64,000 nt of DNA from the NCBI GenBank assembly GCA_965219445.1, contig CBDCNQ010000002.1, forward strand, positions 224,001 to 288,000, given 5' to 3'. Below the pieces are notes generated by a model. That model did not search any database and had not been told where the DNA came from. It saw only the letters and a program-made list of their open reading frames with translations. Position 1 is the first letter of the stretch. Every line of letters begins with the position of its first letter. Positions 34,886 to 45,490 of this stretch are shown here, one piece after another. The stretch comes from Longimicrobiales bacterium. GTDB lineage: Bacteria > Gemmatimonadota > Gemmatimonadetes > Longimicrobiales > Gaopeijiaceae. The translations under genes were made by a program, and so were the position numbers.

Positions 34886-35368
34886 TTACGACACATGCTG
34901 GATCGGCCAGGCCCCCGTTGTGACGAGCTGCGCCACCTGGCCGCGCGCGACTGAACCACTCTCATCCATCAGCTCGGTGAGTTTCCTCGAAAACGTCGCA
35001 ACTGAGGCTTTGGATACTTGGCTTATTTTCCTTTGGGCGAATCCGTCATTGAACGCGATCTTGCCAAACATCATGCCGGTCTCAACCGAGACCCCTCGGA
35101 TCTTTTTAATGGGGATGGCCGTTTGCTTTAAGCCGTAGAAGAACCCTTTGTCGAGGAAAAGCACGCGCTTATCAGTCAAAGCGATGAGCCACGTGTTTCC
35201 GTCCATAAACCCTGAAGAAAACGCCAGAACTTGCTCGGCAGGCATAAGCGTGCTCGGCAGGTATTTAAGTTCTTTTTTCGTGAAGAATTGATCGTCGCCG
35301 CTCTCATGTGCGATTCTGGCGAATTCCTTCTTCAGCTCCGCTTCCGATGCGTTCTTGAAGTCGAACAC
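34886..35368 (-). CDS. Bacterial PH-domain protein (YokE/bPH_3-like), probably truncated
   Basis: KKELKYLP...EQVLAFSSGFMDGNTWLIALTDKRVLFLDKGFFYGLKQ. Confidence 0.75.
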   Translation of the reverse strand: MFDFKNASEAELKKEFARIAHESGDDQFFTKKELKYLPSTLMPAEQVLAFSSGFMDGNTWLIALTDKRVLFLDKGFFYGLKQTAIPIKKIRGVSVETGMMFGKIAFNDGFAQRKISQVSKASVATFSRKLTELMDESGSVARGQVAQLVTTGAWPIQHVS

Positions 35369-35873
35369 CGGCAGACTCCTTTTTCCCTTCTCTTGCCTTG
35401 AGGACTATTCCACGAGGCGCAGTCCCTGGTCGCCGCGTATCGCGCCGTCGCAGGGGAGAGCAGCGTTCACTTAAGTTGGGTGCGCCGCGCAATTCACGCA
35501 ATTCCCTGATTGATTCACGAAGCCCGAGGAAGCTCGCCATGTTTAGTTCTAGTCTTTGGCGAAGGCTGGAGCGCCAATTGTCTACGCTGGCCTGTTCCTC
35601 AGTAGTCAGTATCGGCAGTTCGGGCGGTGCTTCGAGAAGTGCAAGGACAGCCCGCCCGTCGGCCTCCCCTACGTCAATGGCACGTTCTAGGCGTAGAACC
35701 TGCCCGCGTACTTCCTCGGTCAGATAGTTTTCCACGGACAGGTTGGTCGAAAGATGTTTCGCAACCGCTTGGAACTCCGCTATGTGAGCGTCCATTGCCT
35801 CAGTAGCCCGCATAACCTCATCGGCCCACGCTTCACGCCGCGCCTGTGCCAGTAGATCAGCAAGATTTTCCAA
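35304..35873 (-). CDS. Hypothetical helical protein
   Basis: ORF with upstream AGGAGG SD; the C-terminus is doubtful. Confidence 0.4.
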   Translation of the reverse strand: MENLADLLAQARREAWADEVMRATEAMDAHIAEFQAVAKHLSTNLSVENYLTEEVRGQVLRLERAIDVGEADGRAVLALLEAPPELPILTTEEQASVDNWRSSLRQRLELNMASFLGLRESIRELRELRGAPNLSERCSPLRRRDTRRPGTAPRGIVLKAREGKKESAGVRLQERIGSGAEEGIRQNRT

Positions 35874-36272
35874 TAACGCCCTCCTGCTCTACGGGTCCAG
35901 GTGGTGGACGGTTGCCAAGGAACAGCAGGCCCGTCAGCTGGGCGCAGACCGCACGGTGATGGCCTCGCGCAATCCTTCCAGCAGCCCTTCCAGATGCGCC
36001 ATGCGCTCGCGCAGTTCGCCCCAGGCGTGACGTTTGCCGCCCGGCCATGTTTTGGCCCCCCCGCCTCGCCGCCACGCGGCCCGTAGAACGCCACCTGAGC
36101 CCCTCACGATAGCCCCATTAGCCGGACACGGGGCAGTGCGATTCGATAGCCCTCGCCGGGCCTCGCCTCGCGGAGCGCCTTTACAGGGCCGCCCAGGCCG
36201 GAGAGGGCTATCACCGATGGGAACCAAATCGTCTCGTTTACGCTTCAGGTAGTCCCTGAGGCTTGGGCTCCG

Positions 36273-36608
36273 TTGGGCATCATACCCATCGCAGTTGGAC
36301 TAGGAGTGGTAGTGGCAGGCGCCCTTCAGTTCAGGAAAACGAAGACCGCGATCAAGCCTTTCGATCAGCCTTCAGCCCTGGTCACGGGTGGCGTATTTCG
36401 GGTGAGCCGGAACCCGATGTATCTCGCGATGATCGTGATCCAGCTCGGCACGGCGTTCGGTTTGGGAACACTCCTTACCTTCTTCGTGCCTCCCGCACTG
36501 GCTTGGCTGCTTTCCCGGAGGTTCATCGAGAGGGAGGAGGCCGCCTTGAGTCAGACGTTCGGCGCTGACTATGACCGGTATAAGAGCCGAGTACGGCGGT
36601 GGCTGTGA
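36273..36608 (+). CDS. Isoprenylcysteine carboxyl methyltransferase/PEMT family protein (5' partial)
   Basis: LVTGGVFRVSRNPMYL, EEAALSQTFGADYDRYKSRVRRWL. Confidence 0.85.
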   Translation: MGIIPIAVGLGVVVAGALQFRKTKTAIKPFDQPSALVTGGVFRVSRNPMYLAMIVIQLGTAFGLGTLLTFFVPPALAWLLSRRFIEREEAALSQTFGADYDRYKSRVRRWL

Positions 36609-37165
36609 GTACCTTGAGAGCGAAGCGCCTGTGTCGTCTCGATGTTCAAGGATTCGACACGGTGGACGAGGACCTCCTAGCCCAAGTGGCACCGTGGTTG
36701 CGTCTGGCGTTCGGCCTTTGCGCGACCTTGGCGATCGTCGGCACCGCGCTTGCCTCAACGACCCTCTTGCTGACACTCGCCGGGATCGCGTTTCTTGCGG
36801 CGGTTTTTCCCGTCCATCCGTTCGACCTGATCTACAATCATGGGATCCGTTACGCGACCGGGACGCCACCTCTTCCCAAGCGGGGCCCCCCCAATCGATT
36901 CGCGTGCGGAATTGGAGCGCTGTGGCTGATCGTAACTGTGGGGGCGTTCGAGTCGTCGCTGACGACTGTCGCCTATGTTCTGGGATTTACGCTGGCCGGG
37001 GTGGCTATTCTGGTAAGCGCGATGGACATCTGCATCCCGTCCATGATCTTCCGGGCCATATTCGGCCCCCCGCTGCCCCGGCCGGTGGGCCTGGACGCGT
37101 CGGAGGATGAGGTCGCGAAGCCTCCTCTCAATCGCCGAGATCGAGATCGTCTGTATCGATGGTGA
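36605..37165 (+). CDS. DUF4395-like membrane protein
   Basis: HPFDLIYNHGIR, PPNRFACGIG, DICIPS. Confidence 0.65.
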   Translation: MSTLRAKRLCRLDVQGFDTVDEDLLAQVAPWLRLAFGLCATLAIVGTALASTTLLLTLAGIAFLAAVFPVHPFDLIYNHGIRYATGTPPLPKRGPPNRFACGIGALWLIVTVGAFESSLTTVAYVLGFTLAGVAILVSAMDICIPSMIFRAIFGPPLPRPVGLDASEDEVAKPPLNRRDRDRLYRW

Positions 37166-37321
37166 GCCCCAAGCATCCTAGAAGAGGCACGAGGTAAAGG
37201 ACGCTAAGCCACTACCGACTTGTGTGCGGTTTCCACATCTTTCGATTGGCCGCGACGGGACACTGCCGGCCGACGCCGCCATTTTCTTGGCGCCGTCAAA
37301 CTCCAACGTAGGGTTCGGACG

Positions 37322-40315
37322 ATGAGATTTAAACTTGTTCTATTTTGTACTGCGCTGGCCGCACTTGGCGCCACGAGCCTCGAGTCTCAGACTCGGGTGC
37401 TGACGGGCCGTGTGGTTGACGCTTCAACCGGCGCCGGGCTTGCGGGGGCCGGCATCACCGTTGCGGGTTCAGCAGCCCGGGCGTTCGCGGGACAGGACGG
37501 CTCCTTCAACCTCAACGTGCCGGTCGGTGGCGTTGAGCTCACCGTGCGGAGGATCGGGTTCAGAGACTTGACGATCTCCGTTCCGGCTGGCCAAAGCGAC
37601 GTAACGTTTGCTCTTGATGTCGACGCACTCATGATGGATGCGGTGGTTGTGACCGGACTGGCCACCGACATTTCCCGCCGGAACCTCGCCAACGCGGTCG
37701 CGGTGGTTCAAGGCGACGCGGTGCGGCAAGTAACATCGCAGAGCGTCGAGCACGCGCTTCAGGGCAAGGTGCTCGGTGCGTACATTCAGACCAACTCGGG
37801 TGCTCCGGGTGGCGGTGCGCAGGTGCGGATGAGGGGGATTACCTCCATCAACGCCACGGCGTCTCCGCTGTGGGTCATCGATGGGATCATCGTTAGCGAC
37901 GTTTCGATCCCCTCCAATCAGAATGTCGTGTCCGGTGCATCCAGTGGAAACAATCCGGCTCTCACCCAGGACGGTCAGGTCAACCGGATCGTGGACATCA
38001 ATCCTGAGGACATCGAGAACATCGAGGTCCTCAAGGGTGCATCCGCATCGGCCATCTATGGCTCGAAGGCCTCGAACGGCGTGATCATCGTCACGACGAG
38101 GCGTGGAACCGCAGGTGCACCAAGGCTCAACGTCCGTCAGCGGTTCGGCTTCTTCGACCTTTCCAACAAGCTGGGCTTCCGCACGTTCGAGACGGTTGCC
38201 GAGTTTGACGATCTTCGAGGCGCCGGTGCCGCGGCGGCCACTGGGTTTCAGCCGGGAGTCACCTTCGATCTCGAAGAGGCATTGGCAGGCCGAAACGCCC
38301 TCTCCCACGAAACGGCTTTCGACGTGAGCGGCGGGTCCGCTGACACGCGCTACTTCATTTCGGGGCTGTGGCAAGACGACGAAGGGATCATGGCTAACAC
38401 CGGATTCGCGAAGCAGTCCCTGCGATTGAACCTCGATCAACAATTCGGTGATCGGGTCTCGGCGAGTGTCAGCACCAATCTGATCCACACCAATGCGCGG
38501 CGTGGCCTGACCAACAACGACAACAATGGCGTGAGCCCGTACATGGTATGGGCGTTCACCTACAACTCCTTTGATCTTTCGCAGCGGGCCGACGGGTCTT
38601 TCCCCGACAATCCGTTCCAGCCTAGCAATCCCCTAGCGACCCTCGCGCAGATGGAGAACGATGAGGACGTTTGGCGGATCCTCTCGTCGGGACAGGTCGA
38701 TTGGAACCTATTCGACGGGGAACGTTCGAGTCTGACGCTCTTGGGATTGGCCGGCGTGGACTATTTCCAGCAGAAGAACAGGCTGTTCTTTCCGCCGGAG
38801 CTCCAGTTCGAGGACGACGACGGTTTTGCAGGGACGTCCCTGCTGAGCAACAGCGACAACCTCAACGTGAACCTCAACGCGAGCGCCGTGCACACGTATG
38901 ACTTGAGCGGCGGCAACACGGCCCTCACGACATCGGCAGGCGTTCAGTACCAGACCCAGGATCTCGACATCAGCCGGATCGAGAGCAGGGGCCTCACCGC
39001 GGGACAGCCCAACGTCTCCGCTGGATCGAACGTCAACGTCAGGCAGCAACGAGAGCGGGTCGAGAACCTCGGCTTCTTCCTGCAGGAAGAGATGCTCACG
39101 TTGGACGACCGGCTGCTCCTTACTGCGGGTATCCGCGCTGACCAGAGCAGCGTGAATGCGGATGACACCGAGCTCTACTACTTCCCGAAAGCTTCAGCGT
39201 CCTGGCGGATCCCGGATCTCGGAGGGGGCTTCCTCGACGAGATTAAATTCCGGGCCGCGTATGGAGAGTCTGGCAACCTCCCGCTCTATGGGGACAGGTT
39301 CACGCCGCTGGAGGCCACGAACGTGATCGGGGGAGTCGCCGGCACGGTGATTCCGGTGAGCAATCTCGATGCGGTGGTGGGATCGCCCACACTCAAACCC
39401 GAGCGCCAGCAGGAAGTCGAGGCCGGTATCGACGCAACGCTCTTGGACAGGCGTGCGAGCCTCGAGCTCAATGTGTATCAGAAGAACATCAGCGATTTGA
39501 TCGTGAGACGGCGGCTGGCCCCGTCGTCAGGATTTGGGGAGGAAGTCTTCAACGGGGGCAAGCTCCGAACTCGCGGTGTCGAGGTCGGCTTGGGTATTAC
39601 CGCCGTACAGTCGCAAAGTCTCAATTGGTTCTTCCGGACCAGCTTCTTCCTGAATCGCAGTGAGATCACGCAGCTCGATGTGCCCTCGTTCCTCCCAGGC
39701 AGCACTGGCTTCGGGGTGGGTCTGGGGCAAATCAGAATCGAAGAGGGGATGTCCGCCACTCAGATGGTCGGCAATATCGGCCAGGACGCAGCGGGCAGTC
39801 CGATCGAGGGCGTGGTGGGCGACGTAAATCCCGACTTCAACGTGGGGTTCACCAACGATCTCTCCTATAACAACTTTGGCTTCTATTTCCACCTGGACTG
39901 GCAGCAGGGGGGGGATATCATGAACCTCACCAAGCTGTTGTACGACCTGGGAAGCAACTGGGCAGGCTTCAATGAGCCGGACCAGCAGGGTTTGACGGGT
40001 GCGGAGCGGAACGCCATGTCACCGATCGGCGGTTCGCAGCAGACAGGGGTCTATGTCGAAGAGGCCACGTTCCTCAAAATGCGGGAGATCACACTCTCGT
40101 ATGAGCTCGACTCCGATATGGTATCATCCATTTGGGGAGCAGTGGACCGCGTCGGCCTCACGCTCAGCGGGCGCAACCTCCTGACCTTCACCAAGTACAC
40201 CGGGATCGACCCCGAAGTCAGCAACTTTGGTAACCAACCCAGCGGACGGAACATCGATGTCGCTCCGTTCCCCCCGAGCCGGAGTTTCTGGCTCGGAATC
40301 GACGTGGGGTTCTGA
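37322..40315 (+). CDS. susC: SusC/RagA family TonB-dependent outer membrane transporter
   Basis: Signal peptide, SGAPGGG..VRMRG, DINPEDIENIEVLKGASASAIYGSKASNGVIIVTT, LKPERQQEVEAG, terminal F. Confidence 0.93.
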   Translation: MRFKLVLFCTALAALGATSLESQTRVLTGRVVDASTGAGLAGAGITVAGSAARAFAGQDGSFNLNVPVGGVELTVRRIGFRDLTISVPAGQSDVTFALDVDALMMDAVVVTGLATDISRRNLANAVAVVQGDAVRQVTSQSVEHALQGKVLGAYIQTNSGAPGGGAQVRMRGITSINATASPLWVIDGIIVSDVSIPSNQNVVSGASSGNNPALTQDGQVNRIVDINPEDIENIEVLKGASASAIYGSKASNGVIIVTTRRGTAGAPRLNVRQRFGFFDLSNKLGFRTFETVAEFDDLRGAGAAAATGFQPGVTFDLEEALAGRNALSHETAFDVSGGSADTRYFISGLWQDDEGIMANTGFAKQSLRLNLDQQFGDRVSASVSTNLIHTNARRGLTNNDNNGVSPYMVWAFTYNSFDLSQRADGSFPDNPFQPSNPLATLAQMENDEDVWRILSSGQVDWNLFDGERSSLTLLGLAGVDYFQQKNRLFFPPELQFEDDDGFAGTSLLSNSDNLNVNLNASAVHTYDLSGGNTALTTSAGVQYQTQDLDISRIESRGLTAGQPNVSAGSNVNVRQQRERVENLGFFLQEEMLTLDDRLLLTAGIRADQSSVNADDTELYYFPKASASWRIPDLGGGFLDEIKFRAAYGESGNLPLYGDRFTPLEATNVIGGVAGTVIPVSNLDAVVGSPTLKPERQQEVEAGIDATLLDRRASLELNVYQKNISDLIVRRRLAPSSGFGEEVFNGGKLRTRGVEVGLGITAVQSQSLNWFFRTSFFLNRSEITQLDVPSFLPGSTGFGVGLGQIRIEEGMSATQMVGNIGQDAAGSPIEGVVGDVNPDFNVGFTNDLSYNNFGFYFHLDWQQGGDIMNLTKLLYDLGSNWAGFNEPDQQGLTGAERNAMSPIGGSQQTGVYVEEATFLKMREITLSYELDSDMVSSIWGAVDRVGLTLSGRNLLTFTKYTGIDPEVSNFGNQPSGRNIDVAPFPPSRSFWLGIDVGF

Positions 40316-40332
40316 TCATGGCGATCCAGGAG

Positions 40333-41757
40333 ATGATACGGATGAAAGTCCTTCGATACTTACCGATAGTACTGGCTCTCGCCCTGACCTCATGTAATGA
40401 TCTGATCGTGGCAGACCTGAATAACCCCGGCTTAGATCAGCTTTCGGAGAACCCGACGCGATCGGCAGTCTTGGCGGCCACCCAGGGGCTGTTCATTTCC
40501 GCACGAACCGGCATGGCAACCCGTGCGGGATACGTATCCGGACTCGGGATTGTGGGGCGTGAATCGTACAACTTCGACGCTGCGGACCCGCGATTCAGCG
40601 CCCAGCTGCTCGTAGGGCCACTAGACGGGGGGAGTCCCGCGTTTGGGGGCGCCCACTGGAACGCACGATTCCGTGGTGTTCGAGGTGCCGCCAACGTGCT
40701 GCTGGCCGTGGCAGAACTGGACGACGCTGATTTAGCGCCGGCCGAGAAGGCGGGAATCCGAGGCATCGCCAACACCCTCATGGGGTTGCAGCTTTTGCTG
40801 GCCCTCAACACGCGGGACACGAACGGGATCCCGACCGCCGTGAATCCCGATCCGACGGGCACTCCTGAGCCGTTCAAGACCAAGAGTGCGGCATTTGCTG
40901 ACATTGTCGCGATCATGGAATCCGCGGCAACGGATCTCGGGGCGGCGGGCGCCTCGTTTCCGTCAGATCTGAGCCTCCCCCTGGGATACGCGATAGCCGA
41001 CACCCCCGCCGGTTTCCTCGCTTTCAACCGGGCACTGCGGGCGCGAATCGCCATATACTTGGGCGACTTCGCCGGAGCGTTGACAACGTACCTTCCCGCG
41101 TCGTTCCTAGACGACGCCGCGGCGTTCAGCATGGGTGTGTCCTACGACTTCGGAACGGGCTCGGGTGAAATACAGAACCTGCTCAACGACGATTCAGAGA
41201 GGATATTGACGCATCCGTCCATCCGGGCAGAGGCCCAGTTGCAGGGGGGGGGGGCGCTCGACCGAAGATTCCTGGACAAGACCACGTTCCTAGACGGCGC
41301 CGCAACGAAACCGGATCAGGCCAGCCTGGGAATTTCTACGGACCTGAAGTTTGCCCATTACCCCAGCCCCACGAGCTCCTTACCGATCATTCGGAACGAG
41401 GAGCTGATCCTGCTCCGGGCCGAGGCCAACATAGGCGCTGGTACTGCGGCCGCGGCACTGGCCGACATCAACCTCGTTCGGACCACGGCGGGTGGACTCG
41501 ATGCCATTGCCGGGGCTGCGTGGGCGGCCATGACGGTGAACGCGCAGTTGGACGAGCTCCTCTATAACAAACGTTACTCACTCTTGTTTGAGGGTGGCTA
41601 CCGTTGGATCGACATGCGGCTGTATGACAAGCTGGATGAGATCACTCTGAGCGTGTCGACCAATGCGCCTGCTCCTGCTTTTACCGTCCCGACTGCGTAT
41701 CCGGTGCCTACGCAGGAGTGTGATGCGCGCGCTGGCGAAAGCGTACCTTCTTGCTGA
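40333..41757 (+). CDS. susD: SusD/RagB family lipoprotein
   Basis: Lipobox LTSC, IRNEELILLRAEA, SLLFEGGYRWIDMR; directly downstream of susC. Confidence 0.9.
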   Translation: MIRMKVLRYLPIVLALALTSCNDLIVADLNNPGLDQLSENPTRSAVLAATQGLFISARTGMATRAGYVSGLGIVGRESYNFDAADPRFSAQLLVGPLDGGSPAFGGAHWNARFRGVRGAANVLLAVAELDDADLAPAEKAGIRGIANTLMGLQLLLALNTRDTNGIPTAVNPDPTGTPEPFKTKSAAFADIVAIMESAATDLGAAGASFPSDLSLPLGYAIADTPAGFLAFNRALRARIAIYLGDFAGALTTYLPASFLDDAAAFSMGVSYDFGTGSGEIQNLLNDDSERILTHPSIRAEAQLQGGGALDRRFLDKTTFLDGAATKPDQASLGISTDLKFAHYPSPTSSLPIIRNEELILLRAEANIGAGTAAAALADINLVRTTAGGLDAIAGAAWAAMTVNAQLDELLYNKRYSLLFEGGYRWIDMRLYDKLDEITLSVSTNAPAPAFTVPTAYPVPTQECDARAGESVPSC

Positions 41758-41769
41758 TCGGGTGTGATT

Positions 41770-41806
41770 GACGGGGGGCGCGCGGCTCGGAGCCGCGCGT
41801 CCCTCT
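41770..41806 (+). terminator. GC-rich hairpin after susD
   Basis: GGGGCGCGCGGCT-CGG-AGCCGCGCGTCCC; no U-tract. Confidence 0.4.
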
Positions 41807-41828
41807 GCAAGCGAGAAGCCCGGAGCTT

Positions 41829-43271
41829 GTGATGGAAGACCACGCCTATCCGTTGGAGCCCTCGAGGGACCAAATGCGGGTGATGGTCGATAAGGTAGCG
41901 GAGCGGGTTATCGATCATATCGCTTCGCTAGCGCGTCAGCCGGCCTCCTACGCGGAACACGAGGCCGGTACGCACGCCAGGACGGCCGCGCTCGCCGAGT
42001 CCCTCCCGGAGCGAGGCACAGACCTCGACGGGCTGTTGGACCTCCTCTTCCGGGAAGCGGTCCCGCTCTCGTACAATACGGCTGCACCGGGTTATTTGGC
42101 GTATATCCCCGGGGGTGGCGTCTTCCCGTCCGCGGTCGCCGACTTCATCGCGAACGCCGTGAATCGATACGTGGGGGTGTGGATTGCCGCACCGGGACTC
42201 GCGCAGCTCGAGTTGAACGTCGTTCGATGGTTCTGCGAGATCATCGGCTATCCACCCAGCTCGGGTGGCATCCTCACCAGCGGCGGGTCCTTGGCGAACT
42301 TCACCGCGGTGGTCACCGCGCGGAGGGAACGCCTTCCCGATGATTTCCTGGTAGGGACGATCTACACCTCGGACCAAACCCATCACTCCGTTCGGAAAGC
42401 GGCGGTGCTGGCGGGCTTTCCGGAGGAAAACGTTCGTGAGATCGCCACGAATGAGGACTATGAGATACGCCTCGACGACTTGCGGCGGCGCATCGCCGAA
42501 GACCGGGACGGCAGAATGCGACCCCTCATGCTCGTGACCAGCGCGGGCACCACGAACACGGGGGCCGTCGACGATCTGGGGGGCGCCGCCGACGTGGCCG
42601 ATGACGAGGGACTATGGCTGCATGTCGATGCCGCGTACGGCGGCTTCTTCATGCTTACGGAGCGAGGGCGGGAGTCCATGCGAGGCATCGAGCGCGCGGA
42701 CTCGGTCGCGCTCGACCCGCACAAAGGGTTGTTTCTCCCGTACGGCAACGGATCGCTGCTTGTGCGTGATCCCGAGGCCCTGCGGCGGGCGCATACGACC
42801 TTCGCCGACTACATGCCGGAGATGCAGCAGGACGCCGACTTGGTCGACTTCTGTCAGATATCGCCCGAGCTGTCCCGGGACTTCAGGGGATTAAGAGCGT
42901 GGCTTCCCATCAAGCTCTTCGGCATCGATGCTTTTCGCTCGAGCCTCGATGAAAAGCTCGACCTCGCGCGGTGGGCTACGGACCAGCTCGGAGAGATACC
43001 GGACATGGAGATCCTCGCGGAGCCTCAGCTCTCCCTCACCGCCTTCCGTTGGGCTCCCGCAGGCCACTCCGAAGACGGACTGAACGAACTGAACCGCGAG
43101 CTGCTCACGTGCATCAACGCTCGGCAGAACGTCTACATGACGGGCACGATGCTTCGGAGCCGATACGCCCTTCGGATCTGCGTGCTCTCATTTCGGACGC
43201 ACCGCGACCGCATGGAACAGTGTATCGTCGACATTCGGGAGTGCATTGAGGAGCTGGCCAGGGTGGATTAA
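41829..43271 (+). CDS. PLP-dependent group II (aromatic amino acid/glutamate-type) decarboxylase
   Basis: TSGGSLAN, HHSVRKAA, AGTTNTGAVD, WLHVDAAYGG, DPHK. Confidence 0.9.
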   Translation: MMEDHAYPLEPSRDQMRVMVDKVAERVIDHIASLARQPASYAEHEAGTHARTAALAESLPERGTDLDGLLDLLFREAVPLSYNTAAPGYLAYIPGGGVFPSAVADFIANAVNRYVGVWIAAPGLAQLELNVVRWFCEIIGYPPSSGGILTSGGSLANFTAVVTARRERLPDDFLVGTIYTSDQTHHSVRKAAVLAGFPEENVREIATNEDYEIRLDDLRRRIAEDRDGRMRPLMLVTSAGTTNTGAVDDLGGAADVADDEGLWLHVDAAYGGFFMLTERGRESMRGIERADSVALDPHKGLFLPYGNGSLLVRDPEALRRAHTTFADYMPEMQQDADLVDFCQISPELSRDFRGLRAWLPIKLFGIDAFRSSLDEKLDLARWATDQLGEIPDMEILAEPQLSLTAFRWAPAGHSEDGLNELNRELLTCINARQNVYMTGTMLRSRYALRICVLSFRTHRDRMEQCIVDIRECIEELARVD

Positions 43272-43580
43272 AGCTCCTTTGACCGAACGACCACCAACTT
43301 CTTGATCTGCATGTCTTTCATCGTATAGGGGATTCCCCCCCCACGCCGATCCCGACTCCCTCAGGCCCGCGAACGGCATCCAATCCACGCGGAAGGCGGG
43401 GTGATCGTTGACCATCACTGCAGAGGCGTCGAGCCGGCGCGAAGCCCGTAGCGCCGTGTCGATATCGCCTGTGAACACAGACGCCTGGAAAGCGTAGGGG
43501 GAGCGAGTTCGATCGGGCGATCGCGTCATCGATATCGTCGTACGGGTACACACAGACGACCGGGCCGAAGATCTCGGTGA
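43268..43580 (-). pseudogene. Aldehyde dehydrogenase C-terminal fragment, frameshifted
   Basis: EIFGPVVCVYPY, FQASVFT, VMVNDHPAFRVDWMPFAGLRESG; 5' part replaced by an alpA element. Confidence 0.8.
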
Positions 43581-43674
43581 TTATGTACTTGACACAGCAA
43601 ATGCATAGGCATTCATGCCGTTATGGCGTGCGAGGATATGCGCCCGCGATGAGTAGTTATGCGCGGCCAGAGCA

Positions 43675-43887
43675 ATGGAACAGGGCATGGACGCGCCCGC
43701 CCGCGTCCTGAGGTTACCTCGAGTGCAGACCCGCACCGGGCTGGCGCGGAGCACGATCTACGTGCGGGTGGCCGACGGGAACTTTCCCCAACCGATCCGG
43801 CTAGGCGCGCGCGCCGTCGGCTGGATCGAGTCCGAAGTGGATGCGTGGATCCGAGAACAGATCGCCGCGAGCCGTGGCAACGCGTAG
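43675..43887 (+). CDS. alpA: AlpA family regulator, second copy
   Basis: Near-identical to 29455..29682. Confidence 0.9.
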   Translation: MEQGMDAPARVLRLPRVQTRTGLARSTIYVRVADGNFPQPIRLGARAVGWIESEVDAWIREQIAASRGNA

Positions 43888-43929
43888 TGATCTGAGACGA
43901 TAACTATCTGAATCGTTCGCAATCAGAGA

Positions 43930-44103
43930 GGACAGGGGCCATCGACAAACTGCCCTCCCGCAAGGTTCGCTCCTTCGCCGCCTCCGGGAACCTCCGCTAC
44001 GGTCCATCGGATTCCCGTTCAGAAAGAGGGGTGTAATGAGGGGATAGTAGCCAGGTCATAATCTCTATCTCTATTATTAACAATGATTTAGAATTATATC
44101 GGC
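43930..44103 (+). repeat. Recurrent integrative-element end
   Basis: CCCTCCCGCAAGGTTCGCTCCTTCGCC...GGATTCCCGTTC..GAGGGGTGTAATGAGGGGA followed by an AT-rich terminus. Confidence 0.75.
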
Positions 44104-44107
44104 ACGG

Positions 44108-44821
44108 CGGACGGGGCTGGGCCGTGAACCACAAGCGGGTGGAGCGGATCTGGAGACAGGAGGGGCTCAAGGTGCCAAGTAAGCAGCCGAAACGAGGAAG
44201 GCTGTGGCTGACCGACGGTTCTTGTATCCGACTGCGGCCCCTGTACCAACACCACGTATGGGCGTATGACTTCGTGGCGGACCGGACGCATGATGGACGG
44301 CCGCTCAAGATGCTGACGGTGCTGGATGAGTACAGCCGGGAGTGCCTGGCGATCGTGGTGACTCGCAGGCTTCAGGCGGACGATGTTCTGCAGACGCTGA
44401 GCGAGCTGTTTGCCGAGCACGGTCCACCGGCGAATCTTCGCTCCGACAACGGTCCGGAGTTCACGGCCCGAGTGGTTCGGCAGTGGCTCGGTGAGTTAGG
44501 CGTGAAGACGCTGTTCATCGAGCCGGGCAGCCCGTGGGAGAACGGCTACAATGAGAGCTTTAACGGCACGCTCCGAAACGAGCTGCTAAAGCGCGAAATC
44601 TTCTATTCGCTGGAGGAGGCAAAGGTGCTGATCGAGCAGTGGCGGCGCGAATACAACACGCATCGACCGCACAGCTCTCTGAGTTATCGACCCCCGGCCC
44701 CCGAAGCGATCCGGCCAGACCCAAAGCTGCTCAACCTACCTATGCTTCTTGGACCACCCCCCAGCCAGCAGAAGGTGCTTGGACTAACACTCTAGGTGGT
44801 ACCGCTTTTGGGGGCAGGTCA
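44108..44821 (+). mobile_element. IS3 family element, 5'-truncated orfB plus right IR
   Basis: VNHKRVERIWRQEG, WAYDF, RSDNGPEF; ends GGTACCGCTTTTGGGGGCAGGTCA. Confidence 0.9.
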
Positions 44822-45027
44822 GAGGGGGGTGAATCGCGATCGGACGGGGGCGGAACGGTTCGAAAGCTAAGGCCGATATGATCCCCTGTCCTCGCCGGGC
44901 CATCGCGTCTTCGGCTTTGCGGGCAGTTTCTGTCCGGCGTTGGGCGCTCAACTTCCGGACATGCGCCCCGCCACCGCTTTCACCGCCCACACGCCGTCGT
45001 TCAACGGCGTCGGCGTTTTTCACTCCG

Positions 45028-45490
45028 TCAGACGGCTGGCTGGGCGGCTTTGTCGGAGGGATCTGCCCGGCGGCTTCGCGCATGAGTGCCGTTAGCCGTC
45101 TCGGTGACATCCGCTCGAAGCTTCTTGGTCTTCTCCAGCGCTTCATTCCACGCCCCCGGACCCGCCGCTGCACGGACGTTGATCTCGGGCACCGCGGTGA
45201 AGCCTTTCGGCCTGGCCGCCGGTCCCTTCCGCTCCCGTGAAGGCGCCCTTCGAGGCGGAATCACGTCGTGTTTCAGCTCTTCGGGCCTACAGTGCAGATG
45301 CTCCGCCAAGGCCTCGCGGCCGCGCTCCGCCAAGATCCGGAGCGTGCCACGGTGGATGAACTGGTACATATGGCCCGGGCCTCGGCCCGATCGCGCGAGG
45401 AGGCCCGCCGCGTGTTCGTGCCGCTCTCCGGGAGCAACTTGAGGATCCGTCGACGGACCGGATCCACTTCCGCGTCGTCGTAGTGGCCAG
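45028..45490 (-). pseudogene. Phage repressor-like (HTH + S24 linker) remnant
   Basis: YQFIHRGT..L...REALAEHL and VPEINVRAAAGPG; frameshifted; peptidase domain missing. Confidence 0.5.
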
